Source of the DNA: Bacteriovoracaceae bacterium
GTDB lineage: Bacteria; Bdellovibrionota; Bacteriovoracia; Bacteriovoracales; Bacteriovoracaceae
Assembly: GCA_965217035.1 (NCBI GenBank)
Contig: OZ244226.1
Location: 2,462,146 to 2,526,145, forward strand
Reading direction: 5' to 3'
Length of the DNA: 64,000 nucleotides
Shown here: one piece after another, positions 33,621 through 43,458 of the stretch
Layout: every line of letters begins with the position of its first letter
Position numbering within the stretch: position 1 is the stretch's first letter
The notes under the pieces: model-generated
Told to the model about the DNA's origin: nothing
The model's input: the letters and a program-made list of their open reading frames with translations, nothing else
Databases searched by the model: none
Translations under genes and position numbers: made by a program

Positions 33621-35201
33621 TTAAATAGCATTATTTCGAGTTACACCGACTGCTGCCCATGCCTTGTTAACTCGCCGACCGATTCTCTGACCATAAAGCT
33701 CAACTGCTGCTTGAACACAAGCCTCTCTAGCGTCTTGAAAGTTCGAACTTGGAACCAAATATTGAGTGAAGGCACGGTAAAAGATTTGGATGGCCCGCTT
33801 CATTCCGATTCCTCTCACTTTAATATCTGACATTCTTCTTGGATGTTTTCCACCATCGCTTAGGAGAACAAAGGCAAGATTCGCAATTCCTGAGTTAAGA
33901 TGGACACCGCCTTTATCTCCTGTGCCCTTGTATCGAGTAGGGTACCAGTCACGACTATACATTTGCTTTCTCGAGTCACTCGCATCTTCAGGGATTCTCT
34001 CTTTGTCTCTTGTTGGGTGATTCATATAGCGAAGAGCGTCTCCCTTTTTAGCAGGAGTCCAAATATCTTCACCAACTTTCCAATCAAACTTCTCTTCATC
34101 GATTCTGTATTCAGCATAAGCCGACATGATATCAGAGAAGGCTTCGTTTAAGGCTCCAGATTCATTTTGGTAGATTAAGCCCGAAGTTGTTTCGGTAATT
34201 CCATGTGTGATTTCATGAGCGATAACATCAAGAGCTCCTGAAAGATAAGTTGAGTATTTTTCATCTCCGTCGCCATAGACCATTTGTTTTCCATTCCAAA
34301 AAGCATTCACGTAATTATCACCAAAATGAACAGAGGATTTAACAACTGAGCCCTTTCCATCATAACTTTGTCTATTAAAATCTTCTGAAAGAATGCTAAG
34401 AAATTTTTCTGTGTAATAATGAGCATCTGTTGCTGCTTGATCTTCAAATTGTAAGCTATCACTTTTAACGATATCGCCTGGTAAGGAATAATATGCCCAA
34501 GGACCTGTGTAAGAGCTCATATCATATGTCTCAAACTTTAAAGTATCAGTTGATTTTAAGACATATTTGCCACCTTCTTCGGTGATTTTGATTTCTTTTT
34601 TCTCTTTGTTAAGACTGATTCCTTCGCCTAGATGAGTATGGCTATTAATATTATTAAGTGAATGAATAATTTCTCCACTATGAGCATCAACAAAGATTTC
34701 CAATCTTCTATCAAAACCGTCTTCGAAGACACGCCAAACGAGGTGGTTGTTATCTGTTGATGGATAAATCGTTTTCTCGATCTTTTGAATCTTCAAATTA
34801 GGGTATTGAGTTTTAATAATATCTTTCGTGTTATCTAAGGAAATTGTTTCTTTAATTTCAATGTCTTTGATTTTTGCGAGACGTCCAAAAACTTTAACAA
34901 TTTTTTTATTAACTATTTTATAAACAACCTGTGATCCATAAACAGGAATATTTTTATAATATTGCGAAGCTCTCACGAGACCATCAGGATAATCCTGATC
35001 TAGTGGAGCTAATCTTCTTATAGCTGCATAAGAAAGATTCCCTGTTCCTGATTTACTTTTGACAACAAGGTTCTTAGCTTCTGTGGTTTTAACAGTGAGC
35101 TGAGAGCTTGAAGTGTCATCGTGATCATGGTGGTGATGGGTGAGTGCAAGTGATTGAAGCGAGAAAAAACTCGCAAGTATTAGAACTCTTAAACCGTTCA
35201 A
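33621..35201 (-). CDS. Thermolysin-family (M4) secreted zinc metalloprotease with propeptide
   Basis: NAFWNG, HEITH, GALNEAFSD, VHLNSG; FTP/PepSY-like prodomain (VDAHSGEI); His-rich N-terminus. Confidence 0.95.
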   Translation of the reverse strand: MNGLRVLILASFFSLQSLALTHHHHDHDDTSSSQLTVKTTEAKNLVVKSKSGTGNLSYAAIRRLAPLDQDYPDGLVRASQYYKNIPVYGSQVVYKIVNKKIVKVFGRLAKIKDIEIKETISLDNTKDIIKTQYPNLKIQKIEKTIYPSTDNNHLVWRVFEDGFDRRLEIFVDAHSGEIIHSLNNINSHTHLGEGISLNKEKKEIKITEEGGKYVLKSTDTLKFETYDMSSYTGPWAYYSLPGDIVKSDSLQFEDQAATDAHYYTEKFLSILSEDFNRQSYDGKGSVVKSSVHFGDNYVNAFWNGKQMVYGDGDEKYSTYLSGALDVIAHEITHGITETTSGLIYQNESGALNEAFSDIMSAYAEYRIDEEKFDWKVGEDIWTPAKKGDALRYMNHPTRDKERIPEDASDSRKQMYSRDWYPTRYKGTGDKGGVHLNSGIANLAFVLLSDGGKHPRRMSDIKVRGIGMKRAIQIFYRAFTQYLVPSSNFQDAREACVQAAVELYGQRIGRRVNKAWAAVGVTRNNAI

Positions 35202-35352
35202 AGAACCCTCCTTGGTGTTTGAGCGAAATGTTTCTATAGATTGATTTTGTCTAAGGTGGTGTCGAATGGGGACTTACTTCTTTTCCCATTCCATAACATA
35301 AACTTGCAATTAAAAGAGTTTAGTCGGGTACTTACTTAATCAAATAAGTCGA

Positions 35353-35891
35353 GATCTGTTTTGATCGTCGGTGCAACAAGCAACGATTACTCCAGAACTG
35401 TAAGCATAATTTACTGCCTTCATTTTTTTTTGGCAGGTAGGAGGAAGCCACCTTGTTCTTGATTTTTTGTTCATTAATTCCTGTAAAAGTGCAGTGGAGA
35501 GTTTCGTTTGTTAAATAGATCCCAAATTTTTCTTCTTCAGCTTCAGTAATATGGAGGGGTCCATCATCATTGAGTTAGGTTCTCTTTACAGTTTGAACAG
35601 TAGTCAATGCTGACTCTTTCATAGGTTTCATAGACTAGATTAATATTGAGTATCGCGGGCATTCCATGAGCTATTCTTTCCCCCTATTTTAATTGAAAAC
35701 TCTGTACTTCAAAAGGAGGGGGAAAGACCTCGAAAAGAGGGGCAAAATACTCAAAGATTTTATGGACACGGGACCCTAATGTCGCTTAATATGGTGGCTG
35801 TTACTGTTTTCCTTTTTTCGCTCCTAAGATTTCTCTCAGACTCTTTTGGACAGACTAAGGGGTCAGATTAGAAACTATTAAATCTTTGGAG
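35353..35891 (+). ncRNA. Candidate structured 5' leader / ncRNA upstream of RRM gene
   Basis: Multiple nested helices found by eye (see finding); no ORF >60 aa in the 695-bp gap. Confidence 0.5.
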
Positions 35892-35896
35892 GATTT

Positions 35897-36148
35897 ATGA
35901 ACAACAAACTTTACGTAGGAAACATCTCTTTTCAGATGGAAGAAAATGATCTTAAAGATGCCTTTGGAGCATTCGGAACAGTTAACTCTGTGAAGATCAT
36001 CACTGATAGAGAAACTGGAAGGAGCCGTGGATTCGGATTCGTTGAAATGGAAAACGAAGACCAGGCTAATGATTGTGTAAGCAATTTAGACGGTAAAGAA
36101 GTTGGTGGAAGACCACTTCGAGTTAATATCGCTCACGACAAACGATAA
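35897..36148 (+). CDS. Single-RRM RNA-binding protein
   Basis: RNP2 LYVGNI, RNP1 RGFGFVEM; SD GGAGG. Confidence 0.95.
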   Translation: MNNKLYVGNISFQMEENDLKDAFGAFGTVNSVKIITDRETGRSRGFGFVEMENEDQANDCVSNLDGKEVGGRPLRVNIAHDKR

Positions 36149-36184
36149 AGATAAGAGGCCCTCTTCCTGAGGGCCATTATCTTT
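36147..36184 (+). terminator. Hairpin terminator after RRM gene
   Basis: aaagataa-ga-ggccctc-ttcct-gagggcc-a-ttatcttt. Confidence 0.7.
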
Positions 36185-36595
36185 GCTTTAATTTCAAAGT
36201 CTTACTGTAATTTTTCTATAGTCTCCATCTTCAAGTTTATTAATAGAGATATGATTTTTGTTTCAACTACTCAGGCCACATTACATGATTTGATTCAGAC
36301 TTCATGAAATCTTTATAGGGTTTTATGGTATGGGAAGTGAAGAGCTAAGCCTTCTTTATTGAATTTCTTGTTTCAAAAAGTTTTTGAAGCAATTTCCCTC
36401 TCTACTCCCGAGTTTAATAACTTGAGAATCAGAGTATGGTGAGAGACTAAAAATAAAAAATAAGAAATATCGATTTTTCATCACTTACTCCTTTCACAGG
36501 ACCTTGATTCTTAGGGAGGAACATATTATTAATGCTAAGTAATTACTATATCAATTTACTGAAAAAGTGTTAATCTGACTTAAGGAAGTACTTAA

Positions 36596-37384
36596 ATGAA
36601 AAATTACAAAGATTTTATCAATCAACTCATTTATAAATCTCCTTTAAAAGGGGTAAAAACAAAACTTGCAGCTCATCTAGGTTGTAATCCTGGCTTTATT
36701 TCGCAGGTTCTGAATGGTCAAAAAACGAATTTTAGCCTAGATCACCTCTATCTGATAGGAGACTTTTTTAACCTATCTTCTAGTCGAAAAAAACTTCTTC
36801 TAAAGTTGTGGATTAGAGACAAGGTTTCGAGTGAAGAATATCAATTTGAGCTTGACCAAGAGATTGCTGAGCTTCAGAAATCAAAAACATCAATCTCAGA
36901 GAATATATCACCAAATATTACTCTCAGAGATCAAGAGAAGGCCGTTTATTATAGCCATTGGATTTTTCCTATCACCCACATTATGATCTCTCTAGAGCGA
37001 TTTGGGACTGAAAAAGAGATTTCTAAGCATCTTAATGTTTCTTCTGAGATAGTTAAGGAAGCCTTGCATTTTTTAGAAGAGAATAGGTTGATTGAAAAAG
37101 TAAAAGGCTGTTATGAGATAGGCCCAACAAGAATTCACCTCGATAAGAATTCTCCCTTTCTTAGAATGATGCATATGAACTTTAGGAAAAAAGCTGTTGA
37201 TGACTTCCAGAAGGGTCATGATTTTAATTTGAACTATTCCTCAGTTTTTACAATGAAAAAAGAAGATGTCGAAGAATTAAGAGAAGAAGCTCTCAAATTC
37301 ATTAAACGGAAAGAGAAAATCCTTGCAAGTACTAAAGGTAAGGATGATGTCGTCGTCCTTAACTTAGATCTCCTAAAGGCTTAA
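36596..37384 (+). CDS. TIGR02147/DUF4423-type HTH protein
   Basis: LAAHLGCNPGFISQVLNG HTH, YYSHW, second winged helix, C-terminal VVVLNLDL. Confidence 0.75.
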   Translation: MKNYKDFINQLIYKSPLKGVKTKLAAHLGCNPGFISQVLNGQKTNFSLDHLYLIGDFFNLSSSRKKLLLKLWIRDKVSSEEYQFELDQEIAELQKSKTSISENISPNITLRDQEKAVYYSHWIFPITHIMISLERFGTEKEISKHLNVSSEIVKEALHFLEENRLIEKVKGCYEIGPTRIHLDKNSPFLRMMHMNFRKKAVDDFQKGHDFNLNYSSVFTMKKEDVEELREEALKFIKRKEKILASTKGKDDVVVLNLDLLKA

Positions 37385-38326
37385 ACGTCCTGTTCTTTTG
37401 ATCGTAGAAAGGAATAATCTCTTTCTGCGATTAAAGCCATCTGTGAATTTATTGTTCCAAGTATCATAGGTAATTTTTTTATTATTTTCTCTAATGAAAA
37501 GCTCGACGAGAGATCCTCTCGCGTCCATCCAAAACCTTTTCTCTTTTTCTTTCTCTGGCAAAAATTCTCTTCTTACTCTCATCGCTAAAGGTAACGTTAA
37601 GTCTTCAGGGAAAGGGTTGACGAGGATACTCCCATTTTTGACTGTAAATTCTTCTGTGTGTGTAAGTTTTTTTATTTTTCCAGAAACAGCTATCCCTTGA
37701 TTGAGAATAGAGTAATACTTGCTGGTCCATACATTTTTTCTAAACATAACAAGTCTTGTGATTTCTTCAATATCTTCCTCTTTTAGATTTTCTGATGTGA
37801 GCTTAGAGTCCGATAAAACTCTTACAGCTTCATGAATAGCGAGACCACATTGGTGCTTTGCAGACATTTTTTGATAAAAGGGATCTCTTACAAAAATTTT
37901 TGTTCCTGTATAGACTGCTATTAATTTGTAATTTTTATTTTCTTGAGCGTACTCAGGAAAAAAAACTTCAAGAGCGATTGAGGTTTTATAGACTTCAAAA
38001 GATCTCAAATGTTCAGCAAAAACTTCTAGCGTTGAAAGTCCACTTTCTTGAAATTTTTGAATAGCACAGTCGAAAAAGTTAGAACTAGCATCGTGATAAC
38101 CTAGATCAGAAGTCTCTTGGACTGGATTAACATAATATCTCTCTAGTTTTTGATTTATTGACTGCGAGAGGAATGGAGTTGCAGAGAAATCTTTTAGAAG
38201 AACTTTTCCAAATACAGTTACGTACCCACTCCCTCCACCACTAGAACCATCTCCACCACTAAGAATGGCAAAGGAAGAAGTTGAAAAAAGAAAGAGAGCG
38301 ATAAGAGAAGTTATTAATGTATTCAT
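37373..38326 (-). CDS. Secreted hypothetical protein with Gly-rich GGDGSSGGG N-terminal motif
   Basis: ATG 38326 signal peptide ending SFA; LAIHEAVR segment. Confidence 0.75.
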   Translation of the reverse strand: MNTLITSLIALFLFSTSSFAILSGGDGSSGGGSGYVTVFGKVLLKDFSATPFLSQSINQKLERYYVNPVQETSDLGYHDASSNFFDCAIQKFQESGLSTLEVFAEHLRSFEVYKTSIALEVFFPEYAQENKNYKLIAVYTGTKIFVRDPFYQKMSAKHQCGLAIHEAVRVLSDSKLTSENLKEEDIEEITRLVMFRKNVWTSKYYSILNQGIAVSGKIKKLTHTEEFTVKNGSILVNPFPEDLTLPLAMRVRREFLPEKEKEKRFWMDARGSLVELFIRENNKKITYDTWNNKFTDGFNRRKRLFLSTIKRTGRLSL

Positions 38327-38526
38327 GTAGCAAATATAGCTCAAAACGAGATAGGAGATTCACTGAATTGAAAAAATTATAGAGAATTCAGGGTCTTAAG
38401 GAGAGTTTTTTTAGAAATCACTTAACTTCATCTTGTTTTTTTTATGAGTTGCTTAAAATCAAGAGATCATAGGTTTATTAAGCTTTGAGATCTTGATAAG
38501 AAATTGCTCAAAAGGAAGGGATTGAG

Positions 38527-38979
38527 ATGAGAAAAGTTATATTTGGAACAATTGCTTTTGTTTTATCAAATACAGTTTATGCAGACTTTGTAGAGTTTTC
38601 TTTATCTGAGCTTGAGGTGATCAAAGAGGAAATAACAGAGGAAATTCAAGAGTTTGAAATTTCAAAGGGTTTTGCAAAGTGTGCAATTATAGATAATCAC
38701 ATGGCTTGCTCTATGTATGACTCTAAAGGGCTTCTTATACTTAGCCATAGATTGAGGTTTCTGGACACTGTGATTAATACCATTACTGATTTTATGATAG
38801 GAGGAGATTTAGATAAGCTTGGTGCGAGGAATGAGTATAAAACCAATAAGATTCAATATTTTAATATTTCTAAATCAAATGAAGACTTTATAGTCGCAAT
38901 TAGTCTTAAAAACTGGTCTTGGAAGGGATTTGGTTATCTGTTTAACTTTGTAGAGTCCAGCCCATTTGTGATTCCTTAA
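38527..38979 (+). CDS. Secreted hypothetical protein
   Basis: Signal peptide ending VYA; SD present. Confidence 0.7.
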   Translation: MRKVIFGTIAFVLSNTVYADFVEFSLSELEVIKEEITEEIQEFEISKGFAKCAIIDNHMACSMYDSKGLLILSHRLRFLDTVINTITDFMIGGDLDKLGARNEYKTNKIQYFNISKSNEDFIVAISLKNWSWKGFGYLFNFVESSPFVIP

Positions 38980-38990
38980 AAGGAAGTAGC

Positions 38991-39596
38991 CTACTTTCGA
39001 CGATAAGTTTTAAAAATAATATCCCAAAGTGGAGAGGTTACTCCGTAATTAGATCCCCAATGCTTATCGTGATGAATATTATGGAGTTTAGTCATATATT
39101 TTACATAGCCTTTTGGGCTTTTACTGAAGTGTTGAAGGTAGTGAATGACTTCATAAGCGAGGAAGCCCGTTGCAATTCCTATATTGATCCAGAATGAAAG
39201 CTCCCATGAAAAAGTGACAAATTTAAAAAGAACTAAAAAAAGTGCAAAAATAGGGTAGAAAAAGAGGGGAGAAGCGTTCACTCCATGCTTATTATCATAA
39301 TGATGAGGAAGGTGGATTAGTTCAAAGTACTTCTTTGTTTTTGAACGTGTGGCCCAAGTATGAAAAACAGTTCTATGGAAAAAATATTCTATAAGGGAAT
39401 AGAATAAAAGACCTGAAAGAATACAGACGATTTTAGCGAATATTGAGTGAGTAAACTCAAAATAAGGGGTTAAAACGACAAAGAAAATGATCGAAAAAAC
39501 AATGGCAGGATAAGGTGTTTTGACATCAAATAATCTTCCAAAAGATGTTCCATAAAGTTTTTTACGCTTTTTATCGAGTTCTTTTATACTGGCCAT
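38991..39596 (-). CDS. Fatty acid hydroxylase / sterol desaturase superfamily protein
   Basis: Four His boxes HRTVFH, HLPHH, HYLQH, HNIHH and NYGVTSPLWD. Confidence 0.9.
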   Translation of the reverse strand: MASIKELDKKRKKLYGTSFGRLFDVKTPYPAIVFSIIFFVVLTPYFEFTHSIFAKIVCILSGLLFYSLIEYFFHRTVFHTWATRSKTKKYFELIHLPHHYDNKHGVNASPLFFYPIFALFLVLFKFVTFSWELSFWINIGIATGFLAYEVIHYLQHFSKSPKGYVKYMTKLHNIHHDKHWGSNYGVTSPLWDIIFKTYRRK

Positions 39597-39929
39597 GATT
39601 CCCTCTTTGTCTATTATATATCTATTGTGTCATCTCTCATCATCGGATGCTAGCTACCCATAATTATTATCTAAAATTGAATAAATTTTTCACACTTTCT
39701 TGAAAATAGGTTTAAGTTTTTTAGATGAGTGTTAAGGACTTTATTGATGAGCCTTTTTACAGAAATTAAGAAAAGTAATGTGTCAAACCTACATCAGACA
39801 AAGATTTATTTTGTCAGCGAATAGTTTACACGCCTTCATACTCGTATTGAATAAAGATTTTTAAAATGCTAGATACTTTTTCACCTATCAAGAGAGTAAT
39901 ATGAAGAGAGAAAATATAGGAAGAAGTCA

Positions 39930-40895
39930 ATGAAAATAAAAAATCTTAGTCTACTCGGAGCAGTTTTAGTACTTACAAGTTGCTTCAAGGCAAGACTTGA
40001 AATCCCAACAGTTATTGAAAGTGATATTGTTAGTTGTTCTCAAGAGAAAATCCCAAATCTTAAAGGAAAAGTTTGTATAAGACTCAAAGGAATTGCTAGA
40101 GCTTGTAGTTCAGAAACATATATTACGGATTTTCTAGGAAATAGTAACTTGAAGACATCACTAGAAAGAGCATTTTCAGCTCTTAAGGTGGCAAATAATG
40201 CAAAGAATCTTAAAGAATTCATCGATGCTAAAGCGAACGGAGTTAATGGCGCTAAATATGATGTTTATTTAGAAACTAAACACTTAGTAACTAAAGCATT
40301 TTATCCTTATGGGAAACCAGTCCTAAATGTTGAGGGCGATTATTCTAATGCCTTAATTACTGTTCCTGAAGATTTTGCTCTTAAAGTTAAGTTTGTAGTT
40401 AATTCTCGATATCTCTTAAGAAACGATACTGAAAAGTTCCTTAAGAATATTGCTAAAAGAAGCAAGAGCATAGACCCTGGTAACCCAGTGGAAACGAACG
40501 AGGCAATTGGATCTGCTATTAATAGTGACATTCTCGATAAAATTCAGAATGAGATTACAACTCTCACTGAGTTTGAATGCCAATCTCTTGTCTCCGCAAT
40601 GGAAACTTATTCTTCTTATAGCAGAGATCCTAACTGCTATAAGCCATTAACAAAAGATGAAAGCATCAATATAACGGTAAACAAAGTTTCAATTGACCAG
40701 GATGCTGGGCACACAATTAAAAAATCAGGAAATGATGTGTCTGTTGAGAATAGTAAGAGTTCAGACCTCTCGGAGTGTTACTCAAGAAACGACCTCGAAT
40801 CAGCTAAAGAAATTGCTCATGCACAATCTCTTTGTACTGCTAATTTGAGATATCCTATTAATTCTTGCGAGGAACTCAATAACCACAAAGAATAA
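39930..40895 (+). CDS. Cys-rich hypothetical lipoprotein
   Basis: Lipobox LTSC; eight further Cys. Confidence 0.75.
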   Translation: MKIKNLSLLGAVLVLTSCFKARLEIPTVIESDIVSCSQEKIPNLKGKVCIRLKGIARACSSETYITDFLGNSNLKTSLERAFSALKVANNAKNLKEFIDAKANGVNGAKYDVYLETKHLVTKAFYPYGKPVLNVEGDYSNALITVPEDFALKVKFVVNSRYLLRNDTEKFLKNIAKRSKSIDPGNPVETNEAIGSAINSDILDKIQNEITTLTEFECQSLVSAMETYSSYSRDPNCYKPLTKDESINITVNKVSIDQDAGHTIKKSGNDVSVENSKSSDLSECYSRNDLESAKEIAHAQSLCTANLRYPINSCEELNNHKE

Positions 40896-40908
40896 TAAAT
40901 AAAAAGTC

Positions 40909-40944
40909 TACTTACTCGGAAAGATGAACCTTTTCGAGTAAGTA
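40909..40944 (+). terminator. Hairpin after lipoprotein gene
   Basis: tacttactcggaaag-atgaac-cttttcgagtaagta. Confidence 0.6.
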
Positions 40945-41058
40945 CGTATATAAAGATAAAGAATAACAAGGCAGAAGAAAAATATTAGGTTGTAGACTTG
41001 ACTTGTCCCCTCTATAGATTTCTGCTACTTTTTTTTGAGAAAAATAAAAAACTCACTA

Positions 41059-41811
41059 GGGCGTGTTTTTAAAGTTTACTCCACATAAGAATCGCTCCCA
41101 GTAAAACCATGGTCATATAGTTTCGAGCAAGCTTTTCAAATCTCATTGCAATCGACCTAAATTGCTTTAAGCTACAAAAAGAATTCTCGACAACATGTCT
41201 GTCTCTGTAGAGCTCTTTGCTGTAAACAATCTGTTTCTTTCTATTTCTTCTTTCTGGAATAACAGGACTTACTCCTCTAGCTTCGAGTGATTTTCTGAAT
41301 AAATCTGTATCATAACCTTTATCAGCAAGAAGTTGCTCGACTTGATCGGGTAACTCTTCAATAAATTCATACGCGATACCAATATCATGAATATTGCCTG
41401 GACTTAATTTTATGATCTCCGGATTACCGTAGTTATCTGTTAATTTGTTAACTTGTCTTTAATCAGAACAAAAACCTCTTGGAAGATTCCTGATTCTGAC
41501 CAACGATTAAAACGAGTGTAAACTGATTGCCAAGGACCAAACTCAACAGGCAGATCTCTCCAGGGACAACCGACTCTAAGCTTCCAAATCATTCCTTCAA
41601 GCATTGTTCGATTACATTTTGAGGGACGAGCGCAGCGACCACGTTCAGCTGGTAAAAGAGGTTCTATTTTTTTCCACATAGTGTTTGTTAAAAATAATCG
41701 TTCTGTTGTTTTCATAGATCTATGAAAGTAGAATTATGATCAATGGCCAAGATAAATGACCTTAAAAGGCCTTACATTTTCTCAGATCCTTCTGACTTTG
41801 AAGACACGCCC
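41059..41811 (-). mobile_element. IS5 family (IS427-group-like) insertion sequence, internally deleted, 753 bp
   Basis: 17-bp TIRs gggcgtgtttttaaagt / actttgaagacacgccc (2 mismatches), TA on both flanks (41057-58, 41812-13). Confidence 0.9.
41069..41715 (-). pseudogene. IS5 transposase in two frames, lacking the first catalytic-Asp segment
   Basis: OrfA GCPWRDLP..FGPWQSVYTRFNRW; -1 frame gives SPGNIHD, LADKGYD, RHVVENSF..LKQFRSIAMRFEK; no IDST...SRGG..TKIH block between them. Confidence 0.8.
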
Positions 41812-41920
41812 TACTTCTTTCCCATCCAGAAAAGTTTACCTTATATACATATTGTCTATCTTTAAATATTTCCATTCATGTTATTATTAGCTTATATCTT
41901 GTCTAAATAAAGGATATTAT

Positions 41921-43018
41921 ATGAAAATCTACTTACAAGGTTTTAAAAAACATGAAACAAAAAATCATGTCTCTCAAAAGAACAGTGTTGATTGGTTAAC
42001 TCGCTATCATGGAGATCATGTTGCAGAAGCTTTTGCTAAGTATTCAGTTAGTGAAAAATATATTCAGAAAAGAGTTATCTACGCTCCCGGTATTGCAGGT
42101 ATTCCAAGTGAGCCACAATCACTGTATGAAATTTATGAGGATGCAAAACCCAGTTTAAGTGATAGAGCTAAATTGGCACAGAATATAGTAGAAGATATTT
42201 TTACAAACTTATATAAAGGAGAGACAGATCACCCTGATCATATCAATCACGTCAGCTGTACTCATTATCAGTCTCCTTCAGCTGCTCAAAAAATGATTGT
42301 TAGAAAGGAGTGGTTTGATAAAACAAATGTTACTCATGTTTATCATATGGGTTGTTATGCAGCTTTTCCTGCTGTACGAGTAGCTAAAGGCTTTGTCGCT
42401 GACGGTGCTTCTAGAGCTGATATCGTGCATACAGAGTTATGTAGCTTTCACTTAGATAAAGATAATGTAACTCCAGAACAAATTATTATGAAAACACTAT
42501 TCTCTGATGGTGCTATTAAATATAGTGTTGTTAACGAAGAGATATTTTTGTCTTCAGATGAAAACGGTTTAGAGGTTCTCTCTCAACATGAGATCACTGT
42601 ACCTGGTACAGATAAGGAAATGAGTTGGCTTTTAGGGCCGAGTGGCTTCTTAATGACTCTGACTAAGAAAGTTCCACTTTATTTGGAGACAAAAATTGAA
42701 GAGTACGTACATGATCTTTTTAATAAAGCAGGACTTGATTATAATGAGGTCAAGGACAAAACAATTTTTGCTATTCACCCAGGTGGGCCAAAGATTATCG
42801 ATCTTATGGAGTTGGCACTTGGCCTTTCTCCAGAGCAAGTGAAACACTCGAAGTGCATTCTCAACACTAGAGGAAATATGTCATCGGCAACTATTCCTCA
42901 TATTTGGAATGAAATTATTGAAGATGACAATTCATTTAAGTATAAATATGTCGCTTCTGTGGCGTTTGGGCCAGGCTTAACAATGACCGGAGCGATGTTG
43001 AAATTATGCAAAGCTTAG
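41921..43018 (+). CDS. Type III polyketide synthase (chalcone synthase-like)
   Basis: Catalytic triad in HMGCYAA (Cys), AIHPGGPKI (His), GNMSSAT (Asn); VSCT, ELCS, LFSDG, AFGPGLT. Confidence 0.93.
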   Translation: MKIYLQGFKKHETKNHVSQKNSVDWLTRYHGDHVAEAFAKYSVSEKYIQKRVIYAPGIAGIPSEPQSLYEIYEDAKPSLSDRAKLAQNIVEDIFTNLYKGETDHPDHINHVSCTHYQSPSAAQKMIVRKEWFDKTNVTHVYHMGCYAAFPAVRVAKGFVADGASRADIVHTELCSFHLDKDNVTPEQIIMKTLFSDGAIKYSVVNEEIFLSSDENGLEVLSQHEITVPGTDKEMSWLLGPSGFLMTLTKKVPLYLETKIEEYVHDLFNKAGLDYNEVKDKTIFAIHPGGPKIIDLMELALGLSPEQVKHSKCILNTRGNMSSATIPHIWNEIIEDDNSFKYKYVASVAFGPGLTMTGAMLKLCKA

Positions 43019-43458
43019 TATTAGGAATTTGGATCTTTCAAGGTCTTCTCATGTTTGTAGATGAGTTCTACTTTCATTTTAAAAGAGGGCTTGGAAGATG
43101 GGAACGTATAGGTCACCCTTTAGACACGTTATCTTTTTTATCGTGTTTTGTTTGGGCCTATTCTTTAGATACAACTCAAACAACAGGGTTCTATATATTG
43201 AGCGCTCTCTCAACTTTAATCATTACTAAGGATGAATTTGTTCATGCAAACGAATCACCGCCAGGAGAGCAGTGGTTGCACTCTGTTTTATTTATCGTTC
43301 ATCCAATTGCCTTATTTGGGCTTTTTAAAGTCTGGCAAGCTGGATTAAAAGAATTCATTTTGATTCAAGCACTTATAATCAGCGGATTTGGTCTCTACCA
43401 GTTCGTTTATTGGAATATTATAAAGAAGGACTATCATGGACAAGCCGCGGGTAAATAA
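43006..43458 (+). CDS. Small multi-TM membrane protein of unknown function in PKS operon
   Basis: Hydrophobic helices with duplicated DEFxH...E..H pattern; overlaps both neighbours. Confidence 0.75.
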   Translation: MQSLVLGIWIFQGLLMFVDEFYFHFKRGLGRWERIGHPLDTLSFLSCFVWAYSLDTTQTTGFYILSALSTLIITKDEFVHANESPPGEQWLHSVLFIVHPIALFGLFKVWQAGLKEFILIQALIISGFGLYQFVYWNIIKKDYHGQAAGK

